Of a stretch of 47,787 nucleotides of DNA, positions 1 to 12,399 are shown in pieces; position 1 is the first letter of the stretch; each line of letters begins with the position of its first letter. The notes beneath the pieces were generated by a model that was given only the letters and a program-made list of their open reading frames with translations, was not told the origin of the DNA and did not search any database. The stretch is from positions 1 through 47,787 of the forward strand of contig FLMG01004191.1 in the NCBI GenBank assembly GCA_900088475.1, in the 5' to 3' direction. The position numbers were made by a program, and so were the translations under genes. The stretch comes from Hyphochytrium catenoides. Its lineage: Eukaryota > Protista > Hyphochytriomycota.

Positions 1-32
<32 letters not shown>

Positions 33-101
33 GACAGAGAGAGAGAGACAGAGAGAGAGACAGAGACAGAGAGAGAGAGACAGAGAGAGAGAGACAGAGA
101 C

Positions 102-132
<31 letters not shown>

Positions 133-200
133 GAAAAAGAGAGAGACAGAGACAGAGAGAGAGAGTGAGGGAGGGAGGGAGAGAGAGAGAGAGAGAGAGA
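1..200. repeat. (GA)n/(GACA)n microsatellite
   Basis: Near-pure GAGAGA/GAGACA run, visible directly. Confidence 0.97.
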
Positions 201-785
201 AGGGGATAATGATAAAAAGGGACAGGTAGAATTGAGAGATGAAGAGAGAGTCAGCAGCAATAGGATGACGAGTGAGAGCGCAGCCGTAAGAGCTCTTCCC
301 TTTCTTTTATAATAAAAGATTAGGAAAGCGCAACGTGCCGGAGAGAGTGAAAGAGAGAAGTGACAGAGATAAGCAGGTAGTGGAGGCAGCCAGAAGAGAT
401 AGCGGGAGGGATGAAGAAGTAGAGGGGAAGGAGAAGCGACCGTCACAACATATTAGATCAGTCCGATCTCTGTGTGTATAGAGAGCACGGCGGTCATTCT
501 CAGTGTCCAACTTTGCGCCTAGTAAGCCCTTCCGGCTATTCCTCCCTCTCCTCTCCACTCTTCTCACATCAACAGTGCTGCTCCTTATCCTTGTCGATAG
601 AGCCATCTACCCAGTTTTATCTCTGGCTGCCTCATTTACTGATTGTCCTCAAGTCTTCTGTAAGCATGAAAGGACGTTGACCCACTGCTGCGACGCTACA
701 ATCCTGGTCCCGCTTTAGAGGAGAGTAAATGGCTCAATCTTGCACCTGACAGAGCTCGTTCACGCTTCAGCGCAAAGGCAGGTTG

Positions 786-3090
786 ATGGCAGCCAAAGCA
801 AGTGAGACCGGAACAATGGCAGCGGTGTCACCAGAACAACAATCACCTCCCGCTTCAATCCGGGCAGAGCAAACCCCAGCAGGCGGAAGCTCAACCGTCA
901 CCTACATGGAGGCACCTATCCTGCCCAGTGAGCCTCCAGCATCACCATTGAGCCCGTCGACTGGATTGCCGCTTCTGGGGAGCGAGCAGGCAGAGCGTGA
1001 CAAGGTCGTAGCATCACCTGACGAGGAAAGGCCAAAAGAGCCCCCCGTCCCAAAGACAGTAGAAGAGTTAGAAGAAGAGCGCGAGATGGTGAGTTCCATG
1101 ACCTCTAAGTGTTCATTCTCCTCCGCTGAGATCCAAAGCCCTTTCCTTCTCGTCCTCTTTTGTTGCCCATCACGTCCTTTTCCCTGTCAGTATCCCTTTT
1201 GGATCACCTTTCATGTCCCTCATAATGTCTCCTCAACCTCTCTGTAGGCGGAGTATCGTAAGGTGGCAGAGGTGAAGCAGGCTCAAGAGGACGCAGTGCG
1301 GGAGGCTAATAAAGCTGAGGAAGTGGCGGCGCAGGAGAAGCTCTCCCAGGCTGTGGGAGCACGTCGCGTATGGGCCCCCATCCTTATCCTCGGCCCCTTG
1401 TTCCCAGCGATGCTTGCAACGCTCACGATCTTCGTGGGCCCTCTAGTCCTCAGCTGGGCGTCCCTGGATTGCACTTACCCTCTTGACGGTATCAGGCTGA
1501 CGGTCTTTTCCTCTGTCTTCCCATCGGTTTATTAGAGTTAGTACCTCGTTTTCTCTGAAAGTGTTAACCTTTGCGTTCATGCTCTCCTTCTCTTTTTCGC
1601 CCTCTCTTACTCTCAACCCTCTCAGTCGACAGTGTAATGTCTCACTATTTCTATAAATTAGCCTTGGCGTTGACGATCTCCCGTTGTCCTCTTTCTATAT
1701 CGGCTCTGTCAGGACTCATGCGCTTCTTTCTTTCTTTTTACTCCTTTCGGTCTCTGTCGCTCTCACTCCTTCTGACTTCCTCCCTCTCTCTCTGTGAACT
1801 TTCTCTCTGTCTCTTCTCTGACTCTCCTTGTCTGTTCTTTCTTTTCTCCTCTTCTCTCTGTCTGACTTTCTGCCTGCCTCTGTGTCTGTCTCTCAAATGA
1901 TGTCTAGGATTTGTCCGCGGATGTATAGGCATCTCGTATGTATTTCTAGGGTTCTACAGTTGGTTGTTCATTGGAGTTCTGCCGTTCAAGACCATCCGTC
2001 CTCTTATCTGGTTCTATGCTGCTCTAGCTTTCTTTAGCTTCATCTGGTAACGCGCCATGGCAAGATGATTATAGTGGATAATGAGAGCCAGAGTGATCGG
2101 GAAATAGCGACGGAGAGAGAGGAGTGGAAGAGCAGCCTAAGAAAGGACGAGAGAGTGTTAGAGAGAAAAGAGTGACAGACAAAAAGAGAGGGCCGGAAAA
2201 GGGTACACAGAGGGATGGAACTAAAGCAGACAGGAAGCGAGTTCTCGAAATGAGCGGCAACAGCAGAGAGGCTATGATGCCTACATTAGATTTCCAATGA
2301 TTTTAAAACTCTTCCTCTCACTTGTTGCATCACTGCCTCTGCAGGTTCATCGTGGGCTCCGCAATGCTAGGACTCGGTTGGGCTTGCGTAAGTAGATCGT
2401 ATACAAAGCTGGTCTCTGATGGTGCTCACTCTTCTATTTTCTGTCCCTGTATCATCGCTCTCACCCTCTCACATCCCATTTGACTCTTCCTTTTCTCCAC
2501 CTGATCAGGTCACGACGGCTCCCGGACTTTATAGCTTCTCAACCTTCCTCATAGTGATGTTCTGGATGTCCTCCACCTGCGCCCTGGGCGTTGTCATATG
2601 GGTGAGGACCCATCCTACCGTGGAACAGAGTCCTAAGACCGAAGATGTCCCTAAGAAGACTGAAGGTAGGCCTCCTGAGATCCATCTGGCCCCTTTGTCC
2701 ATTCTCTCCCTAGTGGATGTCGCCTAGCGCCCTCCGTACTCTCTGCTTTCCTTTCCTAACAATGCCTTACGCTTTTTTTTGTGATGCGGCTACCATATCC
2801 ATTGGCACATCCTTACAGAAGCGAAGGCCGAAGAAATGACCAGCCAGGAACCGAAAGGGGCTGAAATAACAGCGGCAGGAGATAGTAAAGGAGGTGACAA
2901 GAGCAAGAATGGAAACGATGAGAAGAACGACAAGGAGGAGAACGAGGAAGAGATGGAGGAGGACGATGAGGATGAAGACGAAGAAGAAGAGGAGGAGGAA
3001 GAGGAGGAAGAACAAGACGAAGGAAAGCCTCCAGCGACATCTCCAGCTGTTGAGGCCAAGCCAGAAGAAAATGCACCCAAACAGACATAG
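786..3090 (+). CDS. Multi-pass membrane protein, TMEM272-like, with acidic C-terminal tail (6 exons)
   Basis: Frame-consistent GT-AG model: 786-1088, 1248-1488, 1908-2046, 2345-2387, 2509-2665, 2819-3090. The product has about 4 hydrophobic helices, with C-x-Y-P-L, WFIVGS...C...LYSFSTFLIVMFW (recalls the TMEM272 family) and a poly-Glu tail. Family call is tentative. Confidence 0.75.
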
Positions 3091-3126
3091 GCTTCGTTCT
3101 CCTTTTGCTCCATGCCCAGTTACTAT

Positions 3127-4600
3127 TTATTGCCGTCCGTTTGGCCTTAACCGCTTCAGTCTTCTGCCTGGCTTTGGTAGTTCAATTTCCGCTTTCCGTT
3201 CTTCCGCCTCGGACCCTTCGCTACTAGCGCTCCCATCAGGTTCCTCATCGCTAGAGGTTAGAACTAGGATGAAGATAGGCGAGAGACACATGGATGATCA
3301 GATGCTTCCAGAGACCAAGGCATAGCTAGCGCAATACTAAACGCACCTTCATCACTATCAGTCTCGACTCTATCCTCGTTTTCACTCTTTTCTTCCCCAC
3401 TTCGCTCTTCTTCCCCGTCAGAGGCGCTCTCCTCGCTGTCTCCTACGATAAAGCCCTTCAGGTTGCCGTCCTCATCTGCATCTGATTCTTCTTCCTCTAC
3501 AAGCCGTCGCAACTCTGGCTTTAGCTCAGGAAACTCTTCGATGATAAGTGATCTCTTTCCCTCTAAGTCCTTGAAGAATGGGGCTCGAACGATGTCCTCC
3601 ACTAGCTCTGTAGTCCTCTCTTTTCCCCAATGCTCCGAGAAGCTCTTTACCACTCTTAGGCAGTTGGAGACTTCCCTAGTACACTCACAAAGCTTCAGTG
3701 CATAGTCCACGATATCCTCATGCTCCCAGACCCCTTCCATCACTGCTGCAAGTAGCTCAAGATCCTCATCCCTATGTAAATCTATCAGTTCTGCTTCCAC
3801 AAGCTCTATAATTCTCCTCATTGCCTCCTGAGGTAGTAGAGCTGCACTTTGCACAATCCTTAGCAGCCAACGAGGCTTGAGCGTGACCTCTAGCCCTTCC
3901 AAAAACTCTGCGGTAAGGAGCTCAGGGCAGTATTTCTTCAAAAACTTGTAGGTCTGCTTCGGCTGCAAATCCCACTCTTGGCATATCAACCGCGCTAACC
4001 TTCATTGGCAGGACAGTTTGGAAGGACAGTTTGGAAGGGAAGCTTCAGCCCGAGCTTATAAGTAGGAAGAGCGCCACGATGGGAGAAGGAACACCAACTA
4101 ATGACGAATCCTAGGTAGCAATCGAGGAAGAAGCAATATTAAGAAGGCCAGGGTGCCAGGCCACTTTACCTTCCTAGGGCCACAGGCTCCCACCGCTCTC
4201 GAAGGCCTGCAACCAGGAACTTGACACCCACTAGCTTGACTGTCTTCAAGTCCTCAGCAACAGTGCCGTAATCTACTCCTGCCTCTGGTATGTGGTTCTC
4301 TTCCTCTGGTTTCTCTTTGTCTGCCACCTCTCGCTTTTTACTCTTAGCGGCGGAGTTCCGAAATTCCTGCCCAAGCTTCGTCTTCCTCGCTCGGGCAGCT
4401 TTCTTACTTGTTTTGGCAATCACATCTGGATTGGACTGTGTGTCGAATTCTTTATCTTTCGGTTCATCTGTTCTACTTACAGGCTGTGGTCTCTTTCTCT
4501 TCTTCCCAAGGCGTCTGCTGCTCGAGTTGGTCAATTGTGCGCCATGTTGTTTGCTGGTGACCCTCAAACCAGCGAGGACTGCTTTCTCCAAGTCATCCAT
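3127..4600 (-). CDS. Hypothetical nuclear protein (basic NLS-like N-terminus, helical core, acidic tail); 3 exons
   Basis: ORF 4166-4600 splices (GTAAAG..GAAG) into ORF 3264-3989. A GTGCGT..CCTAG intron then leads to a last exon ending in TAA at 3127-3129. Contains KKRKRP and ESDADEDGNLKGFIVGDSEE. Confidence 0.7.
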
Positions 4601-5421
4601 CGCTGCTGCACTCTCCCCAACTCTTCAGTTGCGCGCACAAAGCGGCGGCACCTTCACTGCCGCAAAGAACAACTATGGACTCGTTCAGGAAGGGATGACA
4701 AAGAAAACCTGGAAGACTGAAGAAGCGCCACCGCGTGCGTGTCTGCTCCTGATCGGTGAGCTGATCGTTGTCTCCGTCGGCGCTGCAGCGGAGGACAGCC
4801 GTCTTTATAGGATCAGAAAGCGGCCAGTGAATGATGGGCCGCCGAAGCGGAGGCATCACCAGACATCAGAAGGTTACACACCAACTGTAAAAAGATCAAT
4901 GGGAGTGTTTCACAAGTGATTAACCAATCTTTGATAACCGAGATACCAGGTGATGTGCGGCACTAGTAGCTGAGCGGCTTTGCTAGGGATCCGCTACTGT
5001 ACGAAGTGTACTTGTACAGCTCAGCAGCTCAACAGACAGCGGCATTAATTAGGGCTTTGTTCCTTAGATGTCTAATAAGAAGGTCTGCCCTGACGGCAGC
5101 TGATCGTCGATAGTACTTGGAGTCCGCTCCGTCGGTTCGTGACTTAGCTACGCGTGCGCTTTGGGAAGCGGAGGTGGCACGACTGGGCTCTAAGGGTGTA
5201 GGATCAAGGGCAAGGGGCAGAGTGCTTACAACATAGAAGGCAGGACCGCCAGCCCGCTCAATTGGCTGCCTTGCCTTGACCCTCTTAGTGCCCACGGTCT
5301 AGACCCTCCTAGTAGTGCCCACGGTTGAGGAGCTCTTTACAGGGAATAACTTGGCAAAGAGGTCTCGTTAGTACGCTGCTTCGGCGCTCAAGAGGGTCTG
5401 GAGCCACCGTCTCATCGGAAC

Positions 5422-7176
5422 ATGAATGGTCAGTCCAGCAGCTGGGCTTTCTACTTTCTTCAGGTGGGCAGCAGGAACTGCGCTGTGCTATCGTTGAAGA
5501 ATGCTCAATAAGTATCCACTCGTCTGTAAACAGGGAGAGGATGGGGAGGACCACAGTCATCCGAATGCCTTCAAGGTGTATCACGAGCCAAGTGAGACCA
5601 TCTGCTTAAGGCACTTTGCCAATAACTTTCCGCTCAGGTGATATCATAAACTGAGAGTCATAAGTGGCAAGCCTTATATCTAACAACCTCACGTCATCCA
5701 CTTTCCCTTTACATCGTTCTTTCGCTCTTTCCGTGGGTACAGAGGTTTAGGAAACTTCCACTTCCGCTTTCGAGTTAGTGGGAAGAAGGGCTTTCTGTGG
5801 CTGGATGTGACAGATGCGAATGCCACTCTCCCTCTTCTGAATGGAAAGATTATCTCCAAAGTGTTACGTCTAGGTAAGCCTCCTTTATCTCTAGGTTGAC
5901 CCACGAATTGGATACCATTGTGGCCAGCAGATAAGCCTGCCATTAGAGGCTTCCGCCTAAGAAGGAAGGCGAAGACGCTAGTGGATGCCGGAAACGAGAA
6001 CCTTCCTCCTCGGCCCAAATCAAAACAGTCTTCCTCGGAGGAGCGCCCTCTATCATCGGCTCCCCTTCATCGAACGCTATCAGCACCTGAGAGGTCTGGT
6101 CCCCAGATCAAGCAGGGCAGCTACACCGAGAGCAGCCACAGTACGCCAGGTACTGGCGGAACACCAGCTAGGACACAGTCAGGGAATGAGCTACATGGGT
6201 CTAAGGTACGGTATTGTTCTCCTAGTCTGGCCAGGCGTAGTAGCTTACCTTGTGGACCTCAAGTCCGTCCGCCTGACATAACGATGCCCATGGCGATTGC
6301 TCTCTAATTCATTTATACTCCTTCCCCGGGTGTCAGTCACAGGTCCCTAAACACACTCCTCAGCTTGCGGCGAAGCAAGGGACAGAAGAGTCCTTGGATG
6401 ACTTCCTAAGTGGTGGATCTTCAAGACCTGCAACTTCGTCTTTAAGTTCTGGCGGCCCGGCTGACTTTATCAGCTGGCAGACATCATCCTCAGCGTCACA
6501 TAACCCCCTCGACCCTTTGAGTAAACGCAAGCCAAAGGCAGTACAACCACCAAATTCTGACACGTCCAACCAAGCAGTCAACCGCGCCAGGTCACCTGTG
6601 ACAGTAAACCGACCACCACCATCAACACAAGACGGTGGGCAGACGGTCGGACCGGTCACTAAGGCAGAGATGGAGGCAGTTCATTGTGGGTCTTACGATG
6701 GTACAGCGGTATGGAATCCTGACAAGGTTGACCTTTCAACGAAGAGTGACAAGGTGGCTGAGGCTATCCAGGAGCGAATGAATGAAAAGCAGGCGAGACT
6801 GGAGGCAGCCAAACAGGAACTGAGAGAGAGAGAGACTCAGCAACAGCAACTAGAGCAAGAGAAAGATCAGGTAAAGCAGCGTTTGGATCCCGTCCTCAAG
6901 GGTTGGGCCTACGACGGAGGAAAGCTGAAGAATATCCGAGCTCTTCTATCTAGCATGCACACGGTAATGTGGAAAGACTCCAAGTGGACCGAAGTGGGCA
7001 TGGCCAAGCTGTTGACCCCTGCAGATGTCAAAAAAGCCTACCGTCGTGCAGTGTTAGTGGTTCATCCGGACAGAGCTGGCGGTCGTACTTCAGAACAGCT
7101 CTTCATTGCAGAAAGAGTTTTTGACGCAATTAACGGGGCATTTGAACTGTTTGAGAAGCAGGAAAATGCCAAGTGA
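5422..7176 (+). CDS. DIX-like domain + C-terminal auxilin-type DnaJ (J) domain protein; 5 exons
   Basis: Exons 5422-5463, 5534-5637, 5743-5873, 5931-about 6206, about 6340-7176. Spliced N-terminus MNGQSSSWAFYFLQGEDGEDHSHPNAFKV...NNFPLRGLGNFHFRFRVSGKKGFLWLDVTDANATLPLLNGKIISKVLRL. C-terminus NIRALLSSMHTVMW...VKKAYRRAVLVVHPDR...FDAINGAF is an auxilin/GAK-type J domain with HPD. Confidence 0.85.
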
Positions 7177-7257
7177 ACGATAGAGCTGAAGGGTAGTACT
7201 CCTAGCGATAATTATTCAATAAGGTATATTTGTGAATATCAGGCACTCCAGGGCATG

Positions 7258-8398
7258 TCATTTGACAATCGCATGCTTTGCCCAGTAATCTACTGACTCT
7301 TGATACTTCTGGCGATCTAGACGGACTCCAGATCCTCCTTCCTCCTTGCCTAAGGCATTCCTCATCATCGTAATAGGTTGCATCGGGATTTCTTTGTCTA
7401 TGCTCTGGCCCTTGACCGAGATGATGCCCCAGGGGATATCGTTGAGTGCTAATAGCATTTGATTGGTAAGCCAATGTGACAGCCAACTTAGTGAGAGACA
7501 AATACGATTGGAAACCAGGCCAGCTCCTGCAGTATTTGCCTACCTTTATCTGGCTCAACTCCCATCGCCTCATTCTCTTTGACTATCTGCTCTCTGCTGT
7601 AGCAAATGACGTCCAGGTATGGCGCCTTCTCTGGGCTGAATGTCTCAAGGGGAAAGTACCGCGTCAACCTAGTATTCACCATGATTAGAGACATTGTGAC
7701 CCCTGGCGAACCAGGTCTCTCTGAGAACTAGACCAACTACTGACACAGGGAGTTCCTTTTCGGTTCGTGCTTCGTAGGTCGTCTTTAAATGTCTCTCATT
7801 CTCCTCAGTGATCTCCGCATCCATAAGCTAGACCAATCCCCAGGAGCAGCACGGATGAGTCTTCTTCGACAGGGAGTATCATAACGGTGCAATCTTACCT
7901 TTACATTTGTGAACGTGTTCGGGATGAATAAGTGCTTGCAGAACGGAGCATACCTGATAGATACTTTTATCATCTTACAGCGTCCCTATGACGGGGCCAG
8001 AGGGCTGTTGAGCAGCTTACCCGTCTACTAGATGGGCCTTGCCCTCAGCGTATATGTGGTTGATCATTGCCTCAAACTCCGATGGATCGATGTCAATGTA
8101 TCCTGTAGGCTTCTTGGAGGCATCAAATTGCCGCAAGCAGAAAGCGTCTAACAGGGGTATGGAGGCCTCTCAGTCGTTCAGCTGGTCGTACATGGATCAT
8201 ATTGGCAGTCTTACCGACAGAGAAGACTTTTTTGTTAGGCGACATGCTGCTGGTGCTACGTGCCCAACTCCACAGCACCTTCAAGGTGGTTGTTCGGGAC
8301 ACGGACACTCCGCCTAGATGGCGGGAGGAGCAGACAGTTGCTACTGGAGGTCTGCACGGTGGCAAGGAGGTTAGCCTTGAGGTTATAAACAATCTCAT
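7258..8398 (-). CDS. DUF3228 family protein (multi-exon; start at ATG 8398 or 8245)
   Basis: Spliced motifs VDAFCLRQF, LVDG/YAPFCKHLFIPN, YLDVICYSREQIVKE and WGIISVKGQ...EIPMQPITMMRNALGKEEGGSGVRLDRQKYQESVDYWAKHA are typical of DUF3228. Confidence 0.85.
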
Positions 8399-8499
8399 AC
8401 CGGTAGTCTCGAACCTCTTCTTATCATTTGAGTGCGGCCTCTTCTCGATCCTTGCTGCCGATGGTGATGGCGATGACCGCTCCAGTTACGGAGAGACAT

Positions 8500-10170
8500 G
8501 CCCAAGATCTCTATCGCTTCGGACGAAATATTTAAGAACTTTCCTTTGAAAGTTATGGCATGCCATAATACCTTATTACAGGGATGGTGCAAACTTCCAA
8601 TGTTGCATCGCACCGTTTGGCGGAAAGGTTCCATATCTTTCAATCGGTTTCTTGTTGTCATCCGCAGATTCTTATCGGACCATCCTCGCAGTCCGTCCGC
8701 TTCTTCGTTCTTTTTTTGGAGCTGGAGGCATCGTCCGCAGGGAAGATGGTCAAGGGTGGTGTCCAGCCAAGGATTGAAGACCTGTCAGCCGGCAGGAGCT
8801 TTATCTCTGTAGCTCTGTAGCAGCGGCAGATTGGAGTGAGTAGGAGTGGATACGGTGGTGGTCCATTTGCCTTTATTTTTGCAGGCTACCTAGGACCATT
8901 CTGCACAGGGCACCTCCTGCGCCACAGACATACGATAATAACAGTGTTTGTGTCCATCACGATGCTATTGCTTCATAGAACTCGGCTCGTCCCTTACTTG
9001 TTAAGGGATTTCGTCATCACGGGATGTCAGCAAATAAGCTAAGAGCTTTAGCTATCATTTAAACTTGGCTTGTTGCCTATCCGTTGATCTAGGAAGCGAC
9101 CGTCAGATGAGCAAATGGGCACGGCAGAGGGCCGCCATCGGTTGCCAATCTCGCGTAAAACGGCTAAGGGTCATTTAGCGTTGATCTAGACTTAGGCGTT
9201 AGGTAGGCCCAGCGAACAGCTGCAGGGATGCCAAGAGCAGGAATGATTGCCCAGTGGTAAAGAGGACGATCGGTGGTGAGAGACTAGCACTCGGACTACA
9301 CTTGACAACGCAATAACCACAGGTTACTCTCAAAGCTACTCATACATTACAGATGCCCATTTCTGACCTCCGGGTTAGGGCTGACCTGAGCAGGGCGAAT
9401 GTTGTTGGAGTTGTGAGAGGACATTGATTACTTTGGCGTGGCCAAAGGGAAGCGCTGGTGGTCGAGGCATGACTGATTGAGACGCTAGTGAGGATTGTAC
9501 AGGCAGTTAAGGACTGCGGCGTGCTGATGAGTAGTTGACGCTTGGCTATTTCCTCCTCGTTCGTCCGCCGTCGAAGACCCTTGCACTGCTCAGTCACAAG
9601 TTTATAGTCAACCGATATGGTGGTGGGAGCAAGCTTTGCTTCTAGAAAAGGTCTCATCACCATCCTCTTCGCTTGACGGGCTGCTTTGTTCTATCGGATC
9701 CGAGTAGAGGCGACGCCTGGTGATGAGGACAATGATGAAGATGAGGATGCTGCGTGCTCGCTGCTGGTGGTGGGATGATGATGAGGATGGACTGTGAGTA
9801 TTAGGATCTTCCCAGGCTCTGGGCGGGGAATAATTCACATGTGGAATACTTCAGGACCAGAAATAAACACATTTGGATGTCCCCATCGCCGCTATTGAGC
9901 CATAATATCTGAACCCTTGAAACCACAATACTTTCGGGGAGGCTTCGTTGAAAGCTTCAAATCATCGAAGTTTCTCATCGTCGACAGATGTCTGTTTGGA
10001 GAATCTCTATCGCTCTTGTCTACATCCGCATTGAGACATCCACCTCCGACTTGGAGACGTCAGAAGTAGCAAGCTGCACTTCGACAAGAAGAACTGCTGA
10101 AGATCTAAGTGAGAGGAAACTCAGTCCATCACCGTTAGAAGCGACTCTACTGTTGAAGTGGCCGGGATCG
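8500..10170 (+). pseudogene. Possible decayed multi-exon coding sequence of unknown identity
   Basis: Splice-like pairs (GTGAGT 8836 .. TTGCAG 8884; GTAGGC near 9203 .. TTACAG 9352; GTGAGT near 9794). The protein-like frame 9354-9790 is broken mostly by TGA. No family recognised. Confidence 0.3.
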
Positions 10171-10214
10171 TAACGAGAACAGTTGCCTGTTGACCTTAGA
10201 CTTCAACAAGGGAG

Positions 10215-12318
10215 ATGGAGCATAAGGGCACGGAGGGCCCAGGCAGAGGTCGTGGCCGAAAGAGACCCAGAGGCGGTGGGCAACAAGGCCAAGGACTGAG
10301 AAATGTCAAGCACCAGGCCAAACGTACGTATACAGCTATTTCTCTACTCAAATTTCCTTCTGACGATGTTATGCTTCAGAGCGAGCAGGTCAGAATCTAG
10401 CAGGTGGACCGGCCTCAAAGCTGGTAGCTACGGCAGTCCTGGCCACTATTCGAGGAGGAAAATCGGGGACCTCTAACCCTTCAGGTCAACAGAACGCCAT
10501 TCGGACGACGCAGCATACTGCCAATATCGGTCGCGGGTCTGGCGCGAAAGCGAAACACTTGCCCTCTCATGGGAAAGGGCATAAGGGAAAACAGCGCCCA
10601 GCAAAATTGAAGGCTAAAAGTGGCCATACCTTCCAGACAGAGGAAGGGGCCGCTTCCATAGCCACCAAAGCGGCAGTAATTAGCCAGGAGCCCGCTCACG
10701 GGGCAGCAAGTCCTCAAGATCTCACAGCGGCTCTAGAGCTGATAGAAACAAAATCCAGTAGGAGCCCCATCACGACACTACCAGATAGCCCGGCCACAGA
10801 AGGCTTGCCAGCTAGGGACGACGGCAGCAGCCCGATTTCCAAAGCTTCGAGTTCGCCTTTTGTTGCCAGGGAGGTTTCGTCTCTGACGGCGCCGGCATCA
10901 AGTCAGCGCTCGAGAGAGGATGCTGCACACGTAGAGAAGGAAGGGTCACACCGTTCCGACGGCCACGCCCAAGGAATAGAGTCTAATGATTCGCTCCTGA
11001 CTACAGCTGCCCGGTCACCAAAGAAGGGGCAGACTGAGCCACAGAATCAGAATTTCCAAGACGGAGCTGGATCCACCAGGCAAGGGGCAGCAGGCAGGGT
11101 TACTGGAGCCCGTACTATTCCTTTGAGCAGCTCTGTAAAAGATTCATCTCCGAATAGAGCATTGTATAAAGACAAAGCTGAAGGTCTCGAGAAGAAAGGT
11201 GCGCTTCTCCTACTGTCCCTTGTGCTTTACATTCGAACGAAATTATTCCTATCACTTCATCCCGCTCACTGGTGCAGCTCGCTCTCTTTCTTCTCCTGTT
11301 CCCACATCTCTTTCCCTCTCTCTCTTTATCTCTCTGCTTGTCTCTCTCTCTCCCTATATTCACTGTCCCTCCCTCCTTCCTCATTTCTCTCTCTCTCTCT
11401 CCCTATAATCACTGTCCCTTACTCCTTCCTCATCAACCCACCGAAACTACTCCTGGCCATTCTCACTTTGTTGCTGATGTCACATAAATGGGATGCCATT
11501 GTCTCTTACTACTACACACACAGCTTCTGGTCCGTCTCCGGCTCTTCTTGGCCCAAAAGCAACCACCTCTACACCGCAAACCAGTTTACAGACGCCCGAC
11601 CTCCTTCCATCACACCAAGCAGCACAGGGAGCGGCGCCACCAAGGTTTATTCCGCAACCAAGCCCTTCAAGCTCCGCTGTAGTCCATGAAGCTCAAGATC
11701 AAAGTGTTGCATGGGGCCCGTCCTTTGGGCTTAGTCCTGCACAGCTGAAACCCCAAAGGGAGTCAATGACCTCACCCTTAAGCAGTTGGTACCTCTCTAG
11801 GGGTCAACCCAATTTCATCAAAAAGGTCGCTGCAACTTCAGCGGCGAGGGCTAGCAGGAAACCGGGGTCTCCTGTAAGGAGAACCGTGAATGCTGGCCAA
11901 CAGCTCGAGGACAAAGAATCATCTCTATATAAATCCCTTGCAGAGCGAAATTGGCGCCAATGGTATGGACAGGTAGACAGCAATGATCTCCTGGACCCTT
12001 CATTGCCTGAAGAGGTGAGTGCAAGGGCTAGTCAAAGCTTGTCGGAGAGCAAAGACTTGTTCCCGAACTCGGCATTGAGCTTAGAAGGTACCGAACGGGA
12101 CAGACCTCTGGACATCTTACCTGAAGGAGATAACCGTGCTAAAGACCTTGCATCGCACCCTGCCTTCCAGCAAGTCACAAAGGAGTTAGCGTACGTCGAT
12201 CGAACCTAATTTCTCTTGGACCGAAGACTAACATGTTCTTATAACTTTTAGAGGGGAGAAGGAAAGACTCCGAAGCTTCGATAACGCTCTACTTAGAGCT
12301 CTGCAAGAGGGACTTTAA
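10215..12318 (+). CDS. Hypothetical S/P/K-rich low-complexity protein with a possibly folded C-terminal segment; 4 exons
   Basis: Frame-consistent model about 10215-10323, 10401-11198, 11524-12190, 12252-12318 joins ORFs 10215, 10559 and 11493. C-terminus SLYKSLAERNWRQWYGQVDSNDLLDP...HPAFQQVTKELAGEKERLRSFDNALLRALQEGL*. Confidence 0.7.
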
Positions 12319-12399
12319 GGATTCAGGAAGAAGGGCAACGTCCGTAGATTTACAAAAACCAAAGGCGATACCAGAACATCCACAAGCACCAGGACAACT

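Noticed and set aside
4010-4037. 13-bp tandem duplication AGGACAGTTTGGA
   Set aside because: Only two copies, inside an intron; not an array and no sign of function.
4690-5300. ORFs 4290-4919(+), 4593-4859(-) and 5029-5295(-)
   Set aside because: Antisense or UTR-region ORFs with no recognisable motifs.
5609-5640. Apparent tiny GC-AG intron in the DIX-like region
   Set aside because: The frame reads straight through (LRHFANNFPL) to a canonical GT-AG intron at 5638-5742.
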